Source: a virus | DNA length: 64,000 nucleotides | Strand: one strand, 5' to 3' | IMG/VR virus record: IMGVR_UViG_3300030419_003950 | Location: 3,346-67,345 of that record | In this document: positions 1 through 7,411 of the stretch, piece by piece | Numbering within the stretch: position 1 is the first letter of the stretch | Layout of the letters: each line of letters begins with the position of its first letter | The notes under the pieces: model-generated | What the model was told of the DNA's origin: nothing | The model's input: only the letters and a program-made list of their open reading frames with translations | Databases searched by the model: none | Made by a program: the position numbers and the translations under genes

Positions 1-381
1 TAATTTTGGTATCCATTTATTTGCAAGTTTAAAACACATATCTTCACCTTGTGCACCAACACTTAAATTCCACACTTTCTTATTAAAATGTTTTCCAACT
101 ATCCATGGCCATACTAATTGTTCATTATCTATTCCAACACCCATAGTTAAACTACATCCTAAAAATAAAATTCCATCTTCATCAGTATCAAATGTATCAC
201 TACGAAACCAATGTTCATTAAAAATCATATCAGTATTATATAATGATAATTTATCTATATTATGTTTATAGTCTGTTGGTAGATTAGTATGAAATTTAGG
301 TAACATATTTTCATATGTATCTTCTTCCCATCTTTTTACATTATCAATCTCATAATGTTTTTTAACTATTGTTGATATCAC
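1..381 (-). CDS. SGNH/GDSL-hydrolase-like protein, runs off the window edge
   Basis: Manual translation from GTG at 381 is open to position 1. It contains FLGCSLTMGVG and WNLSVGAQG, resembling SGNH blocks I and II. Not in the ORF track. Confidence 0.55.
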   Translation of the reverse strand, partial: MISTIVKKHYEIDNVKRWEEDTYENMLPKFHTNLPTDYKHNIDKLSLYNTDMIFNEHWFRSDTFDTDEDGILFLGCSLTMGVGIDNEQLVWPWIVGKHFNKKVWNLSVGAQGEDMCFKLANKWIPKL

Positions 382-712
382 TTAATAAATCCATCAATGT
401 TTCTATTCTTAAAACTGCATATGTTTTACTACGATTTCTTTTAAATACCAACAATGGTTCATGGTCATTTGCATTTTCTTCTGCTTGTTCTAATGAACTC
501 CATATGTTTAATTTTTCTTGATTTTTACATTCTACAGAGAATGGGAATAATTCTCTTGCTTTAGGTGACAACAAAACATCTTCACCACTTGCACCCATTG
601 AAGTGGAACGAACATCGTCTTCTTGTAATTCTTCTTTAAATGTTTCTAAGATAAGTTCTCGGACTTGTTTCTGTAACCTTCGTCCTTTGGACTTTGCTGA
701 TTGTGTTTTCAT
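362..712 (-). CDS. PD-(D/E)XK nuclease, Holliday-junction-resolvase-like
   Basis: N-terminal KSKGRRLQ, GEDV and SVECK motifs. Confidence 0.65.
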   Translation of the reverse strand: MKTQSAKSKGRRLQKQVRELILETFKEELQEDDVRSTSMGASGEDVLLSPKARELFPFSVECKNQEKLNIWSSLEQAEENANDHEPLLVFKRNRSKTYAVLRIETLMDLLSDINNS

Positions 713-901
713 ATTAATAAGTATAATTTAAAAACTTTAAAACTTAATTTATTTTTTAATTGCTTTTTGCTTTAATATTAATGCTTCCATTTCTTATTTT
801 ATCAGAGCATAATTCTCTAATAGGAAATTGAAACATTTTTATTTTCCTTAAAACCTTTGTGTTATAACATCAATAATATATAGTAAAGTAATTAAAAAAA
901 A

Positions 902-1297
902 TTAGTATTTATTTTTCCATTTTTTACGATATTCTTGTTTTGCCCAATTCTCAGCTTTCTTTTCCCACTTATTATCGTGATATCTTCTGAATCCTTGGAA
1001 GTCTGCCATGGCATCTGCTTGTGCATATTTTTTTAGAAATTTTTTCAATCCATATTTCTTTACCATATCTGCATGATGTATTTCATGTAATACTGATATG
1101 ATAAATTCTTTGACACTTGGGTAACTTCTTCGTAACTTAATAGTATCTGTATCCCAATCGTAATCACCCTCAACACCTTTACTTGCAGTCATTTTTACTT
1201 TAGATTTTAATCCATAGTATTTAACTAATTCAGTAGCAATAAATTGGAAGTCTGCTCTTTCCATCATCAAATGTATATTAGTTAGTTTAGGTATCAT
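902..1297 (-). CDS. Small HEXXH metallopeptidase-like protein
   Basis: VLHEIHH motif plus downstream WEKKAE. Confidence 0.5.
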   Translation of the reverse strand: MIPKLTNIHLMMERADFQFIATELVKYYGLKSKVKMTASKGVEGDYDWDTDTIKLRRSYPSVKEFIISVLHEIHHADMVKKYGLKKFLKKYAQADAMADFQGFRRYHDNKWEKKAENWAKQEYRKKWKNKY

Positions 1298-1914
1298 TTC
1301 ATACCTTTAAATAAAGCTTTAGCTACTTTCTTACCATATTCTTTATCACTTGGATAATGTGCTTTTGCAATAATTCTTGATTCTGCAATATCATTTCCTA
1401 AACCAAGATATTCATTAGAGTTTCGTGAGTCAATAGAAGAAAGATACTCACCTAATAAATATCCTTGAATTGCATGTCCACTTGGAAACGATGGTGTTTT
1501 CATACTATCTAATTGTGTTCCATTTAAATCAATATCATAAAACTTTGCAATCTGATATGGTCTTGGTCTATTGTATTTATATTTTAATTCCATTATAAAC
1601 TTAATACTCTCTCTAACAATTTTTTTAAGTTGTTTTTTTGTTATGTTAGTATTATGTTTCTCTACAAGATTCATAAATACTTCAACAACATCATCATTTG
1701 ATTCAACAAATTCAGGATTAGGTTCAATACTTGCAAGATATTTAATTTCTTTTAAAGTTAAAGAAGAATCATTTTCTGGTGGTAGTTTTCTTGGTAAAAC
1801 TATATTCTCATCAAATATCTCTAATTTACGAGCCATTCTCTTTTTATCTTTTGGTCTAATACTTTCAGTATAAACCATATTTCTTAAATTTAATAATTCT
1901 TTTAACTTAATCAT
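1294..1914 (-). CDS. PAP2-family acid phosphatase / haloperoxidase-fold protein
   Basis: KYKYNRPRP, PSFPSGH and SRIIAKAHYPSD motifs. Likely start is MIKLKELL at 1914, in an ATGA overlap with the upstream stop. Confidence 0.85.
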   Translation of the reverse strand: MIKLKELLNLRNMVYTESIRPKDKKRMARKLEIFDENIVLPRKLPPENDSSLTLKEIKYLASIEPNPEFVESNDDVVEVFMNLVEKHNTNITKKQLKKIVRESIKFIMELKYKYNRPRPYQIAKFYDIDLNGTQLDSMKTPSFPSGHAIQGYLLGEYLSSIDSRNSNEYLGLGNDIAESRIIAKAHYPSDKEYGKKVAKALFKGMK

Positions 1915-2237
1915 TTTTTCTTCTTCTTCTTTCCCCAACTAAGTGGATTTATATTAAATTCCTTTTCATAAAATTTAACTCGTTCTTCAAGTTGTTCTCT
2001 TTCTTCTGCCTCTTTTGCAGAATGTCTTGCTACAATTTCAGTTATCTGAGTATTTGCCTCAGTAAAATCTTTTTCCAATTCAATTATTCTCATTTCTATT
2101 CTGTAATAAGAATAAATTAACATTCCCACTAAACTCAATATTTGAACCAGCCATTTCAAATTCAAACTAACGACCATATTGTCGCCTATCACCGTACCTT
2201 TATATGACCGGGCAGTGTCCTCTTTACCTATAGACAT
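1911..2237 (-). CDS. Single-TM coiled-coil membrane protein
   Basis: Hydrophobic WLVQILSLVGMLIYSYY followed by a heptad-like region; GGAG RBS. Confidence 0.6.
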   Translation of the reverse strand: MSIGKEDTARSYKGTVIGDNMVVSLNLKWLVQILSLVGMLIYSYYRIEMRIIELEKDFTEANTQITEIVARHSAKEAEEREQLEERVKFYEKEFNINPLSWGKKKKKK

Positions 2238-2246
2238 AATAAACTC

Positions 2247-2390
2247 CTATCTGTAAAAACCTGGTTGTCCTTGTTTTGGTTGTTTTGCTTTCCACTTTTT
2301 ATGTTGGTTAGCAGTTCTGCCTTCTCTTGCCCATTTGGCATTCAAAGCTTGTCTTTTTTGTTTTCTACTCTTTGCTGCTCTATTTGGCAT
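2247..2390 (-). CDS. 47-aa basic peptide
   Basis: Manual translation MPNRAAKSRKQKRQALNAKWAREGRTANQHKKWKAKQPKQGQPGFYR fills the gap between neighbours. Confidence 0.55.
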   Translation of the reverse strand: MPNRAAKSRKQKRQALNAKWAREGRTANQHKKWKAKQPKQGQPGFYR

Positions 2391-2625
2391 TTTTTCCCTT
2401 TATATAGTTTAAATCGTCTGTAATACGATTAACTTGTTCCAATAATTGTTCGTGTCTTCTATCTCTAATCTCATCACTACGATTCCATCGGTCAATTAAT
2501 TTAATACATATCTCTTCAACCTCTGATAATTTGCTTGTTAAAGATGATTGTAGAAATTTAATCATACCTATAAACAAGGTTATAATTACTCCGATTGCAC
2601 CATACTCTAAGTATTCCTCAATCAT
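2380..2625 (-). CDS. Holin-like single-TM protein (BhlA/UviB-like architecture)
   Basis: N-terminal EYGAIGVIITLFIGMI TM followed by a coiled coil. Confidence 0.4.
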   Translation of the reverse strand: MIEEYLEYGAIGVIITLFIGMIKFLQSSLTSKLSEVEEICIKLIDRWNRSDEIRDRRHEQLLEQVNRITDDLNYIKGKNAK

Positions 2626-2649
2626 TTTATTCTCCTTAACCTAATGGAA

Positions 2650-3402
2650 TTATCTCCAATCCCATATTTTAAATGCATTATAAGTTACACCAAATCCTAC
2701 AACAGGCTCTGTCAATCCTGTTACTTGGTCATATGTTATACCAATAAACGGCCCTACACTTATTTGGTTCCTCGGTGGTTTAATTTTAAATGGACTACTT
2801 TTTCTACCATTCAACCTTAAACCATCAAATTGTATTGTAGGAACTTCTGCATAATACTCACCTTTTACTTCACCCTCAACAATCTTAGGTTCTCCGATTT
2901 CTAAACTACCATCAAAACCTAATTCAGTTTCAGAATCCACAATACTATCATTAACTATTGCAACACCAGTTCTACCAAATATTCTAAGGTAGGAACTTTG
3001 TGTACCAAACTCCTTTTCAAATGGAACTACACCAGCACCACTTGAATAAGAGTTGTTATTATCATAAATAGATACTTTTTGAGAAAGTTGTTTTTTGATA
3101 GTATCAAGTTGAATCTCAAAGTTATCCATCCTATTTTTTAATTCTTTGTTTTCTATACCACGAGTTTTATCATGGTCATGTAAATCCTTTAGTAAATCAT
3201 TATTTTGTTTTACTAAAATCTCAACAGAGTCTTGTAACTCTGTAATCATTACATCTTGTCTTGCAGAATCGTCTCTCAAGAATTCCATTTCTTCTTGAGC
3301 ATAATAATAACGAACTCCTACCACACATAATATAAAAAGTATGTTGAGAAAACCACCAATGACCCACTCTCTTCTTTTTTGTGGCCAATGTTTTAATAAC
3401 AT
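2650..3402 (-). CDS. Membrane-anchored coiled-coil protein with C-terminal amphipathic beta-hairpin (spanin-like candidate)
   Basis: N-terminal TM, coiled coil, C-terminal ISVGPFIGITYD...PVVGFGVTYN. Confidence 0.45.
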   Translation of the reverse strand: MLLKHWPQKRREWVIGGFLNILFILCVVGVRYYYAQEEMEFLRDDSARQDVMITELQDSVEILVKQNNDLLKDLHDHDKTRGIENKELKNRMDNFEIQLDTIKKQLSQKVSIYDNNNSYSSGAGVVPFEKEFGTQSSYLRIFGRTGVAIVNDSIVDSETELGFDGSLEIGEPKIVEGEVKGEYYAEVPTIQFDGLRLNGRKSSPFKIKPPRNQISVGPFIGITYDQVTGLTEPVVGFGVTYNAFKIWDWR

Positions 3403-3414
3403 ATCAACTCCTTG

Positions 3415-3942
3415 TTAATCAATATTTTTTATGGCGTCTTGGATAGCTTTTCTAATTGAACCACCCAATTCAGATTTACCAAACTCAACATCTTCTTGAA
3501 TTTGTAAACCAGCTGCTGATACCGTAGTGGTTGTTTCACCGATACCACGATAACTTTTCTGAGTACCCTCTTTGTTCTCAACAAGGTTAACCACTAATCT
3601 AACTTCAGTAGATTGGTTTCTTCTATTGAATATACCTGCTATACTAAATGCCTCATTTGGTTTACCAATATAAAGAACTTCTACATTCGCAGTAAAATCA
3701 GCATTATCATCTTCTACCAATACATATCTTGTATCTTGTAATTGTTCTTCAAGTAGTTGTTTTATACCTAAAGTTACTCTATCATCTGCAACACCTACAG
3801 ATTCATCAACTTTAACAAATTGTGATATTCTTAATGTAGGGTAATTTATATCCTCACCAACAACGGTTGGTTGTGGTATAGTTTGTCCACTAATAATAGT
3901 GAATATACAAAATCCTAAAAGAAATCTCATTGCTAATCTCAT
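3415..3942 (-). CDS. Exported CsgG/TolB-N-like fold protein
   Basis: Signal peptide then Q. The LEEQLQDTRYVLVE and SELGGSIRKAIQDAI pattern parallels the CsgG-like neighbour. Confidence 0.5.
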   Translation of the reverse strand: MRLAMRFLLGFCIFTIISGQTIPQPTVVGEDINYPTLRISQFVKVDESVGVADDRVTLGIKQLLEEQLQDTRYVLVEDDNADFTANVEVLYIGKPNEAFSIAGIFNRRNQSTEVRLVVNLVENKEGTQKSYRGIGETTTTVSAAGLQIQEDVEFGKSELGGSIRKAIQDAIKNID

Positions 3943-3951
3943 TTTCTTCTC

Positions 3952-4935
3952 CTAAAAGTATGTTCCGAACAATATAGAGTAAGTTGTTGTTCTTTCTCCA
4001 TAATCGTTCACAACCGTGTTATATCCCATACTGAATCCTAAATTAACTTTAAATGCCTGACTCAATTGAAAATCAAATGATAAAGTTGGCATGAGCATAA
4101 TAGGACTCTGTAATAATAAATATTGTTTACCTGAATTTAAACCCTCATAATATCTTAATAATGTATATGAAACATAATTTGTAAATGTCATTTTAAAACT
4201 ACCAAATTCTACAGGTGTCCTTAATCCATATAATACTGAAAAATTACCAAACCCATTGTCACTAACACTACCATATGATGCAGTTAACACAATAACTTCT
4301 GCATTTTTCTTTACAAGAGATTTTGCATATGATGATGATACTAACCAATCACTACCCTCAAATGTTTTAAAGAAAACACCTGATGCACTTATTACTTGGT
4401 TTTGTTTTTTTGCGAGAAAGTTTACTCCTTGACCATACGATGCATTAAATCTACTTAAATCATCTGTAAAACTAAGATTACCATCGTATCTTGATTTACC
4501 ATCAAAACTTTCTCGTGTGTAAATACTATTAAATGATGTTACCCAACTACTATCTACGGTTGGTGATGATTTTATCCCATAATTAACTTGAGAAACTTCA
4601 TTACTCACATCACTTTTATTAAATTGTTCTGTTGCATTACTAGCCAAAACCGATGAAAGTATTTCTTCTGCAACTCTAACTGCACAAGGAAACAAATCTT
4701 CAAAGTCATTATAGACTCTTTCTGCCCAAGATTCTAACTCTCCATTTAATACTTGTTGTAATGTGAAAAATTTTGATTTATTATAGTATGTAACATAGAA
4801 TCCACCATCTTGATTCTGTATATTGTAATTGTCTCTAACCAGAATTTGATTGCATGGGTCAATATAACTATATAAAAAGCCTTGGGCAGAGAGACTACTA
4901 CATAATAATAATATGTATAAAACTCTCTGCCACAT
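3952..4935 (-). CDS. Exported putative outer-membrane beta-barrel protein
   Basis: Signal peptide LSA-Q, alternating beta-strands, C-terminal ILFGTYF. Confidence 0.6.
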   Translation of the reverse strand: MWQRVLYILLLCSSLSAQGFLYSYIDPCNQILVRDNYNIQNQDGGFYVTYYNKSKFFTLQQVLNGELESWAERVYNDFEDLFPCAVRVAEEILSSVLASNATEQFNKSDVSNEVSQVNYGIKSSPTVDSSWVTSFNSIYTRESFDGKSRYDGNLSFTDDLSRFNASYGQGVNFLAKKQNQVISASGVFFKTFEGSDWLVSSSYAKSLVKKNAEVIVLTASYGSVSDNGFGNFSVLYGLRTPVEFGSFKMTFTNYVSYTLLRYYEGLNSGKQYLLLQSPIMLMPTLSFDFQLSQAFKVNLGFSMGYNTVVNDYGERTTTYSILFGTYF

Positions 4936-4940
4936 TCATT

Positions 4941-5579
4941 CTACCAACCTCTTCTGTCAATTGCCTTAATAACATTAACAACCGCAGTTTCCATAGCTTT
5001 GTTAGATGCAGAACTTAAAGAACTTTGATTCCATTCCATATTAGGATTTTTTAGAAATCCTTGACCTATGGTGGATGCTCTTCCTTGTCCACTACCAACA
5101 ACATACTGAGTATTCTCATTATTGATTACTTTAACTTGGATACCAACAATAGTTTCGTTTATTGTTTGAACTTTTCCACCTTTGATATCTTCTTTTAAGT
5201 TAACAGCGAAATCATAAATAGTTACATACGCAGTGTATTTGGTTTTCTCTATTTTAGCTTCGTTGGCTTTCAAATCATTTAACATAGATAATTGAATATC
5301 TCTATCCGCTTCTACGAGATTAAATCTTCCAATGAAAGAAATAACATTTGCAAGTTCTTGATTTAACCCAAATGCAACTCGTTTATCTCCAAGTTCTGGA
5401 TATCTTTCTTCAAGTTCTTTATTAAACTTAACATCCAAAATCTTTAGATTATCTACTTTTGTGATTTCCACTTCATCCAATGATTTTTGCTTTTCATACT
5501 CACCAACATATTGTTCGGTTGATACTGATGCAGCACATCCCATTAAAACCATTAAACTAAGTAGTAATAGTTTTTTCAT
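4941..5579 (-). CDS. CsgG-family lipoprotein
   Basis: Likely start MKKLLLLSLMVLMGC (lipobox) at 5579; GRFNLVE, VGIQVKVIN and GSGQGRA motifs are CsgG-like. Confidence 0.65.
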   Translation of the reverse strand: MKKLLLLSLMVLMGCAASVSTEQYVGEYEKQKSLDEVEITKVDNLKILDVKFNKELEERYPELGDKRVAFGLNQELANVISFIGRFNLVEADRDIQLSMLNDLKANEAKIEKTKYTAYVTIYDFAVNLKEDIKGGKVQTINETIVGIQVKVINNENTQYVVGSGQGRASTIGQGFLKNPNMEWNQSSLSSASNKAMETAVVNVIKAIDRRGW

Positions 5580-5580
5580 T

Positions 5581-5949
5581 TTATTTTCCTCTTGTTTCCC
5601 ATCCAGGTCTTGTTTTATCAAAACCTTTTTTATGATGAGATTTTTTTGCTGATTCATGTCCTATCCAAAAAGAAATACCACCAACAATTGCATAAGTTAA
5701 AATTTGTTTATGTTTTCTTGTTGGTTTCTTAACTTCATACTTCTTATGATGTAATGCTTTCATATGAGCTCTTTTATGAGCTTCTTCAAATCGTTTCCAT
5801 TCCATCATAGATTTATTTGCCATTTTTTGTTGGGCAAGAAGTTGTCTCATTTCTCTTTGTTCTTGTTTAGTAATTTCTTTATCAGTCTCCGTCTGTACAT
5901 CTTGTCCAAATAACAATCCAATGAATAATAACATTATAAGATGTTTCAT
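5581..5949 (-). CDS. Exported His/Lys-rich hypothetical protein
   Basis: Signal peptide LFG-Q and a late hydrophobic segment. Confidence 0.6.
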   Translation of the reverse strand: MKHLIMLLFIGLLFGQDVQTETDKEITKQEQREMRQLLAQQKMANKSMMEWKRFEEAHKRAHMKALHHKKYEVKKPTRKHKQILTYAIVGGISFWIGHESAKKSHHKKGFDKTRPGWETRGK

Positions 5950-5969
5950 AATTTTACCCTTTCCGGTTT

Positions 5970-6359
5970 TTATTTAAAATCTGCTAATGGGTCTTTTAAT
6001 AATTTCTCTAATCTTGAGATTTCACCTTTGAGTTTATCAATCTCATTCTGTAGTTTAATTATATCCCCATCATAAGACTTCACTTTTGGTGTTTTTAAAC
6101 CATCTACTTTTTCTCGTAGATACTTTAATTCTTCATCAATATTGTTAAAGTTATTGGTTACAATTTCAATATCACTTGCTTCTGCAAATCCTTGAACTAC
6201 TTCTTCCAATGAGTCAATACGGCCAGTAAAACTATACCAACCAGCAATAACGGTGGAAAGAAAAGTAACAATAGCAACAATATTCTGTATTGAGATTCCA
6301 AACTTTTTTCCTTTAACATCTTCTAATAGATTTTCTGCGTCTACTACATCTTTTGCCAT
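5970..6359 (-). CDS. Single-TM coiled-coil protein
   Basis: TM IVAIVTFLSTVIAGWY followed by a coiled coil; AGGAG RBS. Confidence 0.6.
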   Translation of the reverse strand: MAKDVVDAENLLEDVKGKKFGISIQNIVAIVTFLSTVIAGWYSFTGRIDSLEEVVQGFAEASDIEIVTNNFNNIDEELKYLREKVDGLKTPKVKSYDGDIIKLQNEIDKLKGEISRLEKLLKDPLADFK

Positions 6360-6376
6360 AACTTATCTCCTATTTA

Positions 6377-6433
6377 TTAATTGCAACAACCACATTCACA
6401 ATTATCACAATCACATTGTTTATAATTACACAT
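6377..6433 (-). CDS. 18-aa Cys-rich micropeptide (metallothionein-like)
   Basis: MCNYKQCDCDNCECGCCN with 7 Cys; GGAG 7 nt upstream; starts 1 nt after the PorV stop. Confidence 0.45.
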   Translation of the reverse strand: MCNYKQCDCDNCECGCCN

Positions 6434-6434
6434 A

Positions 6435-7304
6435 TTATATCTCCACATTTAATGTTAATAATAGTGTTTCTTTTAAAGGATGAGTTTCACTACCATTTAG
6501 CATACCCACTCCTATTTTATATTTATCAATTTTAAAATCTAATCCTACTGATGAATAATTTAATTGGTGTGTTACATCATTATAGTATCCTGCATTCACC
6601 CATAACATATTTTTCCAATTATAAGAAACACCTTGTCCATGAGTATGATAATTCTCATACAAGTTCCATTGATTATAAATAGTCCATTTATTTTTAATTG
6701 GAATATTAAAACCAACATTAACTGAAGCTGGTATTTCAGGTTCATACCCATTTATTTTAGTCACTACACCAATATTAGATACCATAAAATCTAAATTAAT
6801 TATTCCATATAATTTATGAAAATGTAATCCTGTATCAAATAACATACCTTCAGTTTTTTCAGTATGTAATGAGTGACCAACTACTTTACCTCTAAATCCT
6901 ATAGAGATACTATCAATTTTTTCACCTTTATATAGTAAGTTAGTTCCCCAACCAACAGATGCAACTATTGAATTTGGTGTAAAAGTACCACTAATAATAC
7001 CTGCATCATCTGCAATATTTTGTGCACCATAATCAAAGTATAAAAGTGAGTAATCTAATTTACCTCTTTTTACTTGAACATAATTAAATCCCATATCATC
7101 AACAATATTACCCAACCATTTTACATTAGTAAAACTTACTTCAGTTGTAGTATCTGTATTTAATAAGTTCATTGCAGGATTTCTAAATGCAAGTGATTGA
7201 TTACCAAGAATTGTTTCACTCGTAGTAGGTGATATTGTTAGAACACGATTTACTTGTCCAAACAAAGTTCCTATCATTAATAATCCTAATAATATTTTTT
7301 TCAT
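6435..7304 (-). CDS. porV: PorV/PorQ-family outer-membrane protein
   Basis: Signal peptide then Q; LTISP, NPA, KWLGNIVDDM, YFDYG, GTFTP, SIGFRGK and FDTGL motifs as in PorV. Confidence 0.75.
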   Translation of the reverse strand: MKKILLGLLMIGTLFGQVNRVLTISPTTSETILGNQSLAFRNPAMNLLNTDTTTEVSFTNVKWLGNIVDDMGFNYVQVKRGKLDYSLLYFDYGAQNIADDAGIISGTFTPNSIVASVGWGTNLLYKGEKIDSISIGFRGKVVGHSLHTEKTEGMLFDTGLHFHKLYGIINLDFMVSNIGVVTKINGYEPEIPASVNVGFNIPIKNKWTIYNQWNLYENYHTHGQGVSYNWKNMLWVNAGYYNDVTHQLNYSSVGLDFKIDKYKIGVGMLNGSETHPLKETLLLTLNVEI

Positions 7305-7411
7305 TTTTTATCCTCTATTTTTTCGGAAATCCAAATTATACCTTTAATTGTAAAATACATCGCAGGTAACATAAATATTAATATTCCGAAAAATGTTATT
7401 ACTTCTAACAT
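7301..7411 (-). CDS. 36-aa hydrophobic peptide
   Basis: MLEVITFFGILIFMLPAMYFTIKGIIWISEKIEDKK, with a TAATG overlap upstream and an ATGA overlap with porV. Confidence 0.55.
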   Translation of the reverse strand: MLEVITFFGILIFMLPAMYFTIKGIIWISEKIEDKK

